DNA from: Antedon mediterranea
Lineage: Eukaryota > Animalia > Echinodermata
Assembly (NCBI RefSeq): GCF_964355755.1
Contig: NC_092673.1
Coordinates: 18,287,648-18,351,647 of the forward strand
DNA length: 64,000 nucleotides
Direction of reading: 5' to 3'
The translations under genes and the position numbers were made by a program. Under the pieces are notes generated by a model. That model ran no database searches. It worked only from the letters and a program-made list of their open reading frames with translations, and had not been told where the DNA came from. Shown here one piece after another: positions 11,559 through 25,400 of this stretch. Within the stretch, counting starts at the first letter, position 1; each line of letters starts with the position of its first letter.

Positions 11559-13469
11559 TTCTTCTTTTTGAAATTTGGAGGTTTTACAGTATAAGTTTTA
11601 TATCGACTTTATTTCTGCTAAATCTTTATAAATAACCGTTTAAATCAGTGGGTCGTCATCGTCAGATGGGTCAGCAACTGTTATTTTGCATTGCAGGTCA
11701 AAGTTACACAGCATTAACCGTTATTTTTAGTTTTTAGGCTGCAATTTAACAGGTTGCTGAAAATTGGTCCTGTTAATTTAGTCACATGGTTAATAATCGT
11801 AACTGCAAGCTGGTAATCTGTCAAACAACTATTATGGATAAAATAGTTTAATTATGATTAAAACACCATAGCCAGTTTTTCCAACCAGGTGATATTTAAT
11901 AATAATGTAGGTTTTAGCAATCACAATGTATGAGAGCCCCTGAATATCAACTGCCATTAATTTTTCCAGCTGGAAGTTTTATCTTCTATAAATAAAGTTG
12001 AAATAAAAAAACAAATAAAACCAATAGGCTTGAGAGTCCAAAGTTTAGTTTAATTTACAATCTTGAAATACAGTAACAACATCATACAAATTTAATTACT
12101 TTTATGATTATGTTCCTGTCTGAATGGATAGTTTTTTACATAATGTAAGTATAAAATACATAAGTGTGACTTTTGTGTAGTTTAATTATTATTAATATCC
12201 TAATTTCTTTTACTATTCTGAGATTATTGTAACAATACAGACATTAGTTTTTTTAATTGCTATCTTTTGAATGCAAATTTTTGAGCCATAATTACAAATT
12301 TATTATGAAAAAGAAAACCCATTTTTAAAAGCAACTTATTAACTTTGTTCAAAGATTATGAAAATCATGAATATTCTTTTTATCAATGGTCATTTTCATA
12401 AATACACAGATAATGATGCATTATTTCTTGCATTTTGACAGGAAAAATTTGGTACAAGCCTTGGACAGGAAGGATTTACAAGCAATTGAACAAATTTGAA
12501 GGACAGAGCCAGATCTAGTTTTGCCCCAAGTCTAGTTATTTCGAGGCTTTTCCATGTTTGTAAGACGCTTATAGAAATTGATTTGCAGACCGCAAACATC
12601 AGATAAAAATGACGTAGGTTAACATACCTATATTTGGCTATATGGGGCGGGCTGTATGTAAATATGAATGATTAAATGGATGTCATTTTGGTTTAAAAAA
12701 GAGTACTTACGATCGAGACGAGTAAGACTTTTAGTTGAAACTGAAACAACAATTGTTGAAATGTAAATTGTGACATGTATTATAAGAGTGTTGCCCAGTG
12801 TTTGTGTTGTTTGTTACAATAACAAGACTACTGTAGGCCTAGCGGTTGTACTTGTATGAGCAAACTGGCAACTAAAATGCCAATATGGGCCTTGCTATAC
12901 ATACCACCGTCATTACTACGCTGGGCAGGTTGGATCTGGGTGGGAATTAATGATAACAATAAGATCCAGTTTTCCTGTTTTTGGGGAAAATCCCATTACA
13001 GTACACTGTTTACCAGACTAGGCGTATAAAACCATTTCCATATCTAGCATTCACAGAAACTTACATCATCACATCATCACTTCGCGTGTACACTAAAATC
13101 AAATGTACATACGCGTGTGTGTCTCCACATCATCAAAACATAACATAGCACATGCGCATCATCTTAGTTGTTCAATCTTTGAAATTTCCAAAAATGCATA
13201 TTTTCAAGTAAGTAGCCAATCGCATGCAGCTGTAACCAATCAACTGGATAATCGTATGCACCAAGAATTCTTGGTTTCAAGCTCAAGTAGTATACGTATG
13301 AAACCATAAGTGCCAAAATATTTATCTTTTTTGCCATAACACATTTTTTGTCAGAAAAACTTTTTTCTACATACCTATACTACCACTACCTACCTACCCA
13401 TCAATTTTTGGGTATTTAACAAAACGCACAATACATTTTTTTTTTTGGGGCCTTTAACATTGAAAATCG

Positions 13470-16400
13470 TGTTAAAGATAAAAGGAAACAAAGAGCATTG
13501 AAAAGTGATGAAAAGGACATAAAGGTCGTTGATTGTATAATGTTTAATTATTTCAGTGGGTACACTTTACTAGGTCGTCTAAGAAATTTCTTTAGAGCTA
13601 GTACGACAAAAAAACTGATGTTAGTAGTTTTTGGAAAGATGCTTGCAAATGAATATCAACTTCAAATAAGACTTTGTAAGCCGTCAGATGTAAAGGTAAT
13701 TACTATAATTTGTTATGTTTAAAAATTGTATTGTGATAATCTGATTCAGTTGATTAAAATAGATTACTGAGAATCTTGTATTTGGTAGATAACAATACTA
13801 ATCAACAATACTAAATCTCTTTATGCAACTATTTATTTGTATTAGTATTTGTATTATTGTTTGTTTCTTGTGATATGAACTAAAAATTGAATTAAATCAA
13901 TTAAGTTATTACCTATAAAAGTACCAAAAATGATTGTCAAAAAGACATTTTTAGTTTAGCATTATTTGACCGATGATTTGCTTGTTGCACAACATATTTT
14001 TTTCATGCAAATAATTTAAAGTAGCATATCTTGATAACATTTGGACTGATTTTCAGATGATATTGATATCTTTGGAATGTTGTTTTAATTATTTAAAATA
14101 TCATTCTTTATTTTCACACAACTATGGAATGATCTGCTTGTGATGATCTGTAAATTCATTAACTTTGACCTTGGATTTCATCTTGTGAGATAAGATAACA
14201 TTTTGTAAAAATTATCCCCTACATTAAGCTTGATTCCCACTTGGACAGAGGGTACACACAATGCAAGTGAGTTGACCAATTACAAGCAACAGTTAGGATG
14301 AAGGATCCTTAGTCAAGTTACTCTGGTTGCATTTATGCCATAGTGTCCGAGTGAGAACCAAGCTTTATATAAAAAAACGTTAGGATATACTATTTTTTTG
14401 GCTGCTTTTGAGCTGTTATTTGTACTTTACTAATATAAAATACTTTTTGATAGTGAAATTCATACCAAATTTAGCTGAATAACTGTCTATATTTTCAGAA
14501 TATCAATGGTTTTTATTAGTTTTCATGGTCCAGATATATAATTATTACTCCTCTTCACCCAGTGGTGGTTAGCCCAGATAAATAGACATTTCTTTGTATC
14601 AGTTTTTTTATTGTCTTTAAATTGATTGATGATTTAATTGAATTGATTCCTGATCATTTACAAAAGAAAGAAACATAGGTTATTATTGCATTGTATAACT
14701 TACTCTTCCCTTATAAAATAAAGAAATGTGTACACAAATAGTATATTAAATATAAATATGTGTTTCAGATGATAGAAGAAGAGCACAGAGAATTGGGTGA
14801 GCAGCATTTAATAGCACCTGTACATATATTTGCTTTGTATAAAGACATGAACATTGCTGTAGCAGTATCAGAACAGGAATGGAAAATTCAGAAAGCAAAA
14901 CAAGTAAATGTAATACCATTATTATACCATAGAGATATGTTCACTATAATATCTCTATGATTATACAAATTATAGGTACAGTATCACAATATTTTTATAT
15001 GTTTTAGTACTGAATGTGATTTACACTTAATTGTAAACACATGAGTTTGGTGTAATGGGTATATTTGTATTGTATTTTGTATTTTATTCTTGCACATTCA
15101 ACAGTGTATACACGTTGTTTGTCCAGCGGGGGCCAACTGCAGTACGTATAAAAAAATACACGTTATACGTTCAGCGACTGTACGTATAACTATCTTTTAT
15201 TATACTGTACGTCCAGTGGCGGTACGTATATCCTCCCTAAATATATAAACATGATATAATAATATTCCTAAGTTCAAATCCCCTTTTTTGGTCATTTTAA
15301 AAATATTATTTTATGTTAATTAAAAAAAAAATGTTTGTGACATGACATTTCAAGTTCGACAAGGTTCTGATGGAAACTGTGACCTGTAGACAATGAAATA
15401 TATTAGGTTTTTCTTTTTTTATTGTTACCTTAACCTTTGACCTAAGGCTAGGTCATCAAATCATAGTTTGAAGGGTTAATAATCATCCACCAGTCTAGCA
15501 GCAATTCAGTGCAGGCTGAAGCTTCCTCTTTATAAAACACCATTGTGTAGGACCAGATTACCGGTATTTTCTCATTTTTAGATTTCTCATTTAGACATAT
15601 TCCAGGGAAAAATGTATTTTAAAATTTTGTTTAGCAATTATTGCTAATCAAACTGATTTTTTAGTTGAGAAACATAGTTTTGTATTGTATTTTTTGCTAC
15701 ACAATTTTAGAAATGTGTAGCAATAAGGTTGTTTTGTATAGCTTTTTGCTATGCTACACTGGCGAAATTATTCCCTGTATTCCACAGTAAAATTAATTTA
15801 GAAAAATTAATTCTGTAATGGTAAAAATTAACTATAAAAAAGCATCCATCATCCTTATCTTATAACTAATATTGAAACGTAAGATTTTGTGACACCTTAC
15901 CAAAAGTCGGATTAATTTTTTTATCTATTAAACAACATCATTTGACAAATTTGTTTTTCTCCAAAAATAAAACTTTCAGACATTACATTTAGAAAACTAT
16001 AAATTGGGCCAGTTGGTGACCAATATTGAGAGAGTTGATTGAAAGCGTAACCAGTATAAAAAAATATACTGCAAAATAATGGTTTTTTGACATGACCTTG
16101 AGTCAACTACTGTAGCATCTTGAATGTTGACCTTTTTTATGGTTTTTGCCAACACCACTGGTTTAAACAGTATTTTATTATAAACAGTTTATTTTAACAA
16201 ACCATTGGAGCTGCTGTAACTTTTTATCTGAGTATGGCTTCTTTTTTTTCTAGACTGTCGCTGCTGAATACCTATGGCGTGAAACACCTTTGAAGACATT
16301 TCTTTTAGAAAGAGGTAATTCATCAGCAAAAGTCCTAAAGGCAACATTATTACTGTCACAAGAGTCAAATGATATTGATCCAGTAGAAGTGTATTGTAAG

Positions 16401-19400
16401 TATTTAAAATGCAACAAGTCTAAATTTAGAATGATGATTGTAATAAATAAAATGCAGTATTCAAATAGTGGTAATCAGACATTAACCATCCATGACTATA
16501 ACTACTGTACCATTTTTAGAGTAGGGGTGGAAACAATGTAGATATTGGCTTGTTTTTTTTATCTAGCACTACAATAATAATAATAATAATAATAAGCTTT
16601 ATTTAATCACGGATACTTAACTCAACTAAAAGTTGTTTTTCAGTAAGACCATGCTCAAAGGAAAACACCAACAATAATAAATGTAAAAAGCAGATATCAA
16701 ATCAAATAATAAAACAATTACAGAAGCAAAAAACAAAAGCAGATAATAAAACAATTACAATGAAATAAAATGAAACAAGGATACACTTTGGTTACATTAG
16801 TCCAGTCAGTCTAATGATATACCCACCACAAATTGCAATAGTAACAAAGCAAGTATTTTTTAATTCCATATAAAGTGTAGAACGACATACTAAAAGTCAT
16901 CGAAAATCCAAGCATTGGATAAAGGGGTCAGAGGTCAATGAAGGTCATTTTAAGTCAAAATTAATATTCACCATTTATTACATATATTTAACCATTTGAA
17001 ATACATTATATACAAGTGTGATTTATAATCTTAATGTTGTTCGATTTATATAGCGCTTTTATACAATCAAAAGATTGTCCCAAAGCGCTGAGAGAAAAAC
17101 AGAAAGAAATTACAAAGAAAAAAGATGGGGTTTTAAGAGTGTTTTGAAAACAATGATAGAGGATGGATTTTTAATAGGATCAGGAAGATTTTTCCACAGT
17201 TTAGGAGCTGCAACTGCGAAAGCTCGATCACCAGAGGTCTTAAGGCGACTGGGTGGAACAAAAAGTGCAGATGGATTAATGGTTGTCCGAAAGCTTATTA
17301 AATTTTCTATTCAGTGATATCAAACTTATTGTCATTACATTTTATTTAGAATGTCATTTTTGCTGAAAAACACAACATAATATGTCAATTTTGGCTAAAA
17401 ATGTTGTTTTCGCTGTAAACAACAATGGTATACACACAGGGATACCTTGGGGTGAACATTTCAGTCCAACGCGATACACATGACCAGTTCAAGATGTAGC
17501 ATGAGTGACATCTCCGTTCCTGTTGCTTCTGGATGATCTACATTCCATTTTTCCAGATAGCATTTTTTTGTTGGCATGGTTACAGAATTTATATTGGGAT
17601 GTATAAGTATAATATTTTAACGATTTTTTAACCAGTAGTAGAAATACAAAGATGTTCAACAGCAGTTTGACAATGACCTCCATGTTGTATGACGTTCGGA
17701 CTGTCTGGGCTGGATTGTCAACGGACCTGGTGATTGAAAAGGTTTCTATGAGAAGCATCGAAGAAAACCAGAGGTTTGACCAGAGGTAGAGGAATGAGTA
17801 CATCCAGACCAAATCTGCGCTGAAATGAATGTAATGCCTTGCAATAGTATCAGGGCGCAACATAATACCTTATGGCCACACGTCAGGGATACAATGACAA
17901 TTGAAAAATCAATTTGGTTACGACTCGGAGACTTCATACCATTGACACAAGAGTTACCGCAGGTGACTCGGAATATTGGCAATGTGTTATTAAGCATTGG
18001 ATATTTTGGATGGATGTTAGGCCAGAAAGTCTTGCAATGTATATGACAACAAAGTCATATGTACATACAGGCAAATATGTGTGCATCGATCCTACAGTTC
18101 CAGAGGAACAACTTCCTTCTGAATAGTCTAACACATCCATCTCACTGAATGATGTCCAGTAGGCCTACATTCTAGATGGTAGTGCTCTACTGCACAGCAT
18201 TCCATGGAATAGTGTAGAGATCTGCAAAAGATATTGCTCTGCCATCATAGTCTTTGATGGTTATGAAAGCGGCTCGTCCACTAAAGACGGCGCACATGGT
18301 AAGGTGGGTCAGGTGGTAGTGTCCCTGTACATTTTACCAGTGACATGTTCCACGAAAAAGGATCACTTTCTGTAACAAACAACAATTTATAAATCTTCGT
18401 AACTAGTATTTGAACAACATGGCAATGAGTGAATGCAGCTGCTGATGCAGATGTTCTTTCAGATAGTACAAAAAACCATTAAATCAGCAAACAGGAAAAC
18501 ATCTTGTAATATTCTTTAGACTGGAACTGGTTCAATACAACCAGTACTTTTGAGAGACGTCTGTGATAACCTTCTGTTTGCTCATGCGATACTGGTGACA
18601 CAATATTACATCCAGAGTTTTCGGAATTGGAAAACAAGTGGCTCTAAAAAAAAGCTTGTCATTGCACTTATTTCTTGACATGCTGTAGTTTTCAGATGCA
18701 AACAAGCTACAAAGGATGACATTGTGGTTGCTAGAGAAAATGCTTTAGTGTGTCTGTACAATAGATGACATGGACAACGTGGAATGCCTTTGTATTATAT
18801 ATATTTCTATAAGTACAAACTTGCATATCGCCAACTTCATAAGCGTATCCCAACCAAGGTACTTAACATCATGTTCAAGTTCAAGTTATCTTTTAGCAAT
18901 GGAGTGGGGTTGGTATGTGTACCGAGGACTGGGGATGGAAGATCAGATGATGGAAACATGGTTCCTCTACACACAGACTTAAAGCCAGCACCTGAGTATC
19001 TCCTTGAAGTATTCAGGGGTAACTAGAAATAAATGTGGTGAATGCAATGGCATTGCACTGAACTAATACCCGAATAAGAAAGTGATACTGATGACATATA
19101 TATGTTTCTATTTGAAGGATTAAACAATATATAAGTTAATACATGTTGATACTAATATCATCAAAAATCTATTTAGTAAATCATAAGTTGATTCCAAATT
19201 ATCAAGACGCAATAGTACATACCGCTAATTGAATTGTTCTTCTAGCTAGCATCATTTTTCCTATTTCAAGACGATACAGTAGGTACAGGAAAAACATTAT
19301 TTGCACCAAATACTTCCAAAATATAGATATAATATAGAAACATAATTTAGTTTAGTCTAGTTAACATCATGTTTCCTATTGTACAGAAAAAACACAATTT

Positions 19401-22400
19401 TTATTAAATTTATCCGCAATGCATTATGACATATGACATTGCAGTTAATCATTTTTTAAAGGAAAAAATGAGTTTTGTTTATTTGTCAATAACTTTTTGA
19501 CCTCTAAATATTAGTGTTGTAGGCCTATTATTATTATTTTTTTTTTGTAATTGCATAATAGACAGAAATATATATTCTACACATTTATATTTATATAATT
19601 GAGATTGGATTATAAAACCACAAGTTATGGGCATAAATGTTACCCCCTACCCCAAAAATATTTACGGAATAAAATCACTATCCTATAGTTGTTGAGATTA
19701 CGTAAAAAATAATGTCTTCCAATTCTTCAATTTTCGGAGACTTTTAATATGTCATTCTAAACTAAATTTGGAATAAAAAAATCAATGTTTCGTTACTATT
19801 GCAATTTGTGGTGGGTTTATCTCTAACTATCACTAGATTGACTGGATTACATTGATTGGTATGATTTCGATCCAAGTCGGCCCTAAACCGTCTCGGCCAA
19901 AGTCAAGTTGGCCCCAAGTCAACTCGGCCTCAAGTCAACTCGGCCTCAAGTCAACTCGGCCTCAAGTCAACTCGGCCTCAAGTCAACTCGGCCTCAAGTC
20001 AACTCGGCCTCAAGTCAACTCGGCCTCAAGTCAACTCGGCCTCAAGTCAACTCGCCCTCAAGTCAACTCGGCCTCAAGTCAACTCGGCCTCAAGTCAACT
20101 CGGCCAAAAAATAATCGGTCAACTCGGCCCCGTTAAAGTATGGAACGCAAAAGGTGCAAATGAAGATTGGGATTGATAAAATAATATTTCTTCACAATTT
20201 TTTAACTATTAATAATTCTGACTTTTAATGAATATTAATATTTAGCAAAAAAAATAGAAATGATTTCACCAACTTTCCTTTATTTACGTTTAATAAAATT
20301 TCAAATTGCACAATTGAAAACAATTCGTAGCTGCGCCTCCCTGCGCCTTTGGCAGCTTTTTCGATATCTACAACTGCTACGTGTTTTCACTGACCGGGGG
20401 ATTCCCCTTTTTTTTAAACGCAAATCATGGACAAAAACGATATGTACGATCATTTTTTCTATGGCCAAATGGTGGAACGTAGGCCTCCGTCTTCGATTTA
20501 CTAAAATGCGGTACCTGCACATGTTTTTGTAACACGCGGGTACTTATATTCATATCGGCAATGAGTTCATTTTTTTATATGATATTATTTAATTATATTA
20601 TTTTTTTTATTCATTTTTTTAAAAGCGTGATAGTAAGAATCATAATAATATTAAGCACTTTTTGCGTTCCATACTTTATTGTGGCCGAGTTGACAGATTA
20701 GTTTTTGGCCGAGTTGACGTGAGGCCGAGTTGACTTGAGGCCGAGTTGACTTGAGGCCGACTTGACGTGGGGCCGACTTGACTTTGGCCGAGACGGTTTA
20801 GGGCCGACTTGAAATTTTTTGAAATAATGATTACATATTTTATTTGTTATAGGCGATGTTGAGACATCAAGACCAAATCTAGGTATGTTATATTAATTAT
20901 GGTAATGATGTAGATTAAGTCTGTTTTCACCTTGACCAGAGGAAAGGCATAAACCAATACATATGAGGCAGATACTAGATGCAGCGGCTGCCATAAGAGT
21001 CAGCATTGCTGATTTCAAATTTTTTCAGGTGTTATGTATAATATTAATTATGGTAATGATGTAGATTAAGTCCGTTTTCACCTTGACCAGAGGAATAGCA
21101 TGCCAATATGTCTGGGGCAGATACTAGATGCAAGGGCTGCCAGCAGTTCTGATTTTAAATGCTTGATGGGACCCCAGCTACCAGACGGTCTCTCATCCAA
21201 GCTCCAACCAGGTCCAAAGTTGCTTAACTTTGGTCATCAGACAGAAAACATGATAAGGCCGTATCATATCATGCTAGAAAAACAACGTCTAGTAAAATAC
21301 AGCACCAAATTTTCATTCGCGAAAACTATGAACTAAATCATCATAGGGAATTTAATGTACATATACCGACTGAAAAAAAACCAAATTGTACATTAATTAT
21401 TGAAGTCAAGATGCTCCTGCGATCGTAAACGTATGCTATCGTCGTCTTGTAAAAAGAGGGACAGTCCCTTTTCGCTTGGTAATACGATGCAGTTTGTATA
21501 CACGCGTCGTCGTATACGGATCATATACGGATCGTATATGGAGCGTATAATTAGGAAATTGTTTATAAATGATCGTATACGGTTCGTATATGTTTATTAT
21601 GCGGGCAGGAACTTCCGAATTGACGTATACGTTTCGTATACGAAGTGGACTTCCTATACGAAACATATACGAAACGTATGTAAATCGTATACGTTCGTAT
21701 ACGGTTTTTTTGCAAAGGGTTGGCTGCCTTCATTTCAATGGGAAAACACACCAGTGCTGAGAGATAGATTAAATATTTTACATAATGGTTCAATTATGTA
21801 GATAGCAACAATTTTAATCATAGTTGTGGTTATTCCATCAGGTCCAGGAGATTTACCTGTTTTTAGTTTGTTAATAACAGATAATATCTCAGCACCAGTG
21901 GATTGGATATCAGTGAAATTGGCGTAGCCAGCATGCGAAATACAAGAATTATTATTTAAAAGGTGGTCAGGGTCGTCATGAGTAAAATTAGCTGAAAATC
22001 TTTTATTGAAGGCCTCAGCAATGATCTTTGGGTTGTTGACACGATTACTCTCGATGACAAAGGTATCAGTGCCGGAACTGTTTACAATGGTCATTTTTTT
22101 AAAAAAAGTTCTTTAGATAACTTTTATATGATTTTTTAATTTTAGATTTCAAGTCATTACGAATACGTTTGTATCTATCCCACTTGTCGTTATTTACAGA
22201 CCTAATGGCTGCTTTATAAAATCTTTTTATTTTTCTAATTAAACTAAAAATCTCCCTTGAGGTTTTTTAGGGCACCTTTTGGCCGACCTTAGGGGCACAA
22301 CATCATTAATAGCTGCAATAAATTTACATTTAAAGTTTAACCATAACTCATTCACGTCAGTGGAATCACAGTTCCAGTTAATATTTGCGAATTTTTCAAT

Positions 22401-25400
22401 TAAACGTTGGGGAAATTTTAGAAAAATCATAAAAAATACCCGCTGGTCTTGAAATGTACTCCTTTAAGATACAAAGTTTGAAGGAAACTCCTTCATGATC
22501 ACTGTCAACACCTGGATGATGTTGAATATCAGCTACCATATCAGTACTACTAGAGTAAACATGATCGATAATTTTATTAGCCGAATTCTTATTGTAATGC
22601 GTGTAAAAGTTAACACATTGCCTTAGATTTAAGACGTCTATTGTGTTTTGCATATTTCGTTGTTCCGTTAAAATTGTGGCAGTAGATTTAAAATTAATGT
22701 TAAGGTCACCTGCAATAATTATTAAACTGTACAAATAGGCGTCCACTAACACTTGATCGACACATTCCTGGAGCTTTTCGAAGAAATCCACTCTGCTATC
22801 CGGAGGTCTGTACAGCGTCCCTGCTAAAATGTTCCCGTGTTTGCTTTCAATTGTATACCATATTAGCTCGATTCCGGGACAGGAATAATTAAGACATGGT
22901 GTCAAATGCCTCAAATAAACGCCACCATTCCTTCAATAGAACACCATGTGGAACAAACGCCCCGCCACATGCATTTACACAATAATTGTATCACGTCAAC
23001 ACATTTCATTAACTACCATAATCTACAATTTACCAAGCATTTTGACATAATTTTATCACTTTTTGATATTAATTGTGCTGTATTTTTTTACATCTAGGTG
23101 GTATTTATTTGATTATACATGTTACCATATTATACCCCAAATAAAGATGCCTCCTTTCCCCCTAAAAACCCTTTTGAACAATAAATGGCTGGGGCGTTTA
23201 ATCGGATACATATGGCAAGTTACTTCTAGCATTCTGAAAAGAACTGTTGAGCTTAACGTTTCTATCAAAATGTCCTCGGGGACAGCAATAACTAGTACTT
23301 GAAATTAAAACAATTTAAAGTATCAGTTATTGCATAACATTACTGTCTACGGATAAGTTGTGTAGATATGTTTTTTGTTTGAAGCATTAGTAATAGTATT
23401 TCTGTTCATCTTTTAACTACATTTTCTATTACAATGAATGTAAATATGTATATTTCGAACAATTTAAGTTTCTACGACCAGTACTTACAGAGATATGAAG
23501 ATGCCCTGGTATGTGGGTCAAAGGTCAGAAATGGCATTTCTGATCATTTTTGACTAAAATGCTCCATTAGATGGAATATAAATGCATGCCTTCTGAACAT
23601 TTTGAGACCAAAATTGACTTGCTGCGACCAGTGGTTGCCGAGATACAAGTACCTTTTTTTATTTGTTCATATAACCCTTGACCTTGACCTTTTGTAACAT
23701 TTTTAAAAATGTGTAACAAATAAAATATATATTTCGAACAATTTAAAACCAAATTCAAGTGTCTACGACCAGTAGTTACGGAGATACATACATGCCCTGG
23801 GTTATGGGTCAGAAATGGAATTTTCGGTTATTTTTTACTAAAATGTCCTATTAGACTGAATATAAATATAATTGCATATAAATACAATGAAAAGTAATTT
23901 AGTCATGTTGAGAGTCATTAGTTCTATTTAATTAATTTATCAATCTTACGAAATAAATATTTAACGTTCATCATATCTAGACGTAAAAAGTCTAAACATA
24001 ATTTAAAAACACAGTGTAAATATCTACAATAGAATGAGTATTGTATATACTGTTCATATAATTATGAATAAGCTAGTGTAATGTTGATCCACAACAGAAA
24101 CTGGCCACAATGAAAAAAAAAACAATGAAAAGCTTTTTTTGTTATGTAACTTTTCTATAATTATAACTATAATATATAAATAATTTCTGCATGGTAAAAA
24201 TAAACACATGTGTATGATACATCAAGGTGAAATAAAACAATTTGCATTGTGTAATGAAGACAATTGTGGCAATGACTATTTATCAAATACCATTAAAGTA
24301 ATATCTTAATTTCTATTCTGCAGATCAAATTATGGAAGTAATTGTGGATTCTACTGGTGGAATGCTTCATCTTAAGGAGGCAGACATAAAGTTGGAGATA
24401 CATTCTGAAGCAATTGAAGGGAAGAAAGTTAAAGTAACGCTAGAACATTGTTTTGAGGAAACAGACATGCCTGTACTTCATCCTCGTGAAACCATTATAT
24501 CACCTATTGTTAAATGTGGACCAGAAGGCACCATCTTCAACAAGCCCTGTTTACTGTCATTTCCACACGATGCTGTAAATGAAGAGAATTGGGAATTCAC
24601 TCTACTTGTTAAAGATCGCATTCAAGATGATTGGAAACAAATAGCATTGAAAAGTGATGAAAAGGATGTTCATTTTACTTTAAGCAAAGGTCTATGTTGT
24701 ATAACGTTAAATCATTTCACTTGGTATACACTAAGGGGTCTAGGAAAATTATTTCGTGGTATGAAAAAAATGTCATTATTAGTTTTTGGAAAGATGCTTG
24801 GTGTTGAATATCAACTTGAAACAATACTTTGTAAGCCGTCAGATAATCAGGTAATTACTATTTGTTAAACTGCATTTGAATAAGGTATATATCTTGTTTT
24901 ACTGTTTAAAATATTGACATTAACTATTAAATACAGTAGTTGCTTTGTCACAATTTATTCTAGAAAGGATAGATTGTATTTTATCAATAATTCTGTAGCT
25001 AGAGAAAACATTGAATTAATTAAATTAAATTGTCATTTTATTTATTTTAAATATGAAAAGTGCAAGAAAAAAAATGCATTGAGATACACCTAACTCCAGA
25101 CCTGGGTGTTCACAGGCACCTACAGTTAAAATTATTATCATTTTATGTAATAATTAACTACACTGTCAAGATGTAAACATGATTGCATTGTCTAGCCTGC
25201 TCTTCCTTCGAATAATTATCAAGAAACAATGTACCAATAAAAATAACATATTCAATGTGTTGTTTGTACAGTATTAAATATATATTTCAGGCAATAGAAC
25301 AAGAACACATGCGAAGTGGTGAGCAGATGTTAAGATCACCTGTAGAAATACTCTCTATGTATAATGACATGAAAATTACTGTTGAAGTATTAGACAAGAA

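Noticed and set aside
12640-12730. GC box and possible donor as first exon of the ZU5-DED gene
   Set aside because: Motifs are too short to be significant.
19852-20136. SSQLGLKSTRPQVNSA repeat ORFs
   Set aside because: Product of 16-bp subterminal repeats of a foldback element.
21180-21265. Functional 5S rRNA gene
   Set aside because: Internal deletion and many substitutions; no proper 3' end or terminator.
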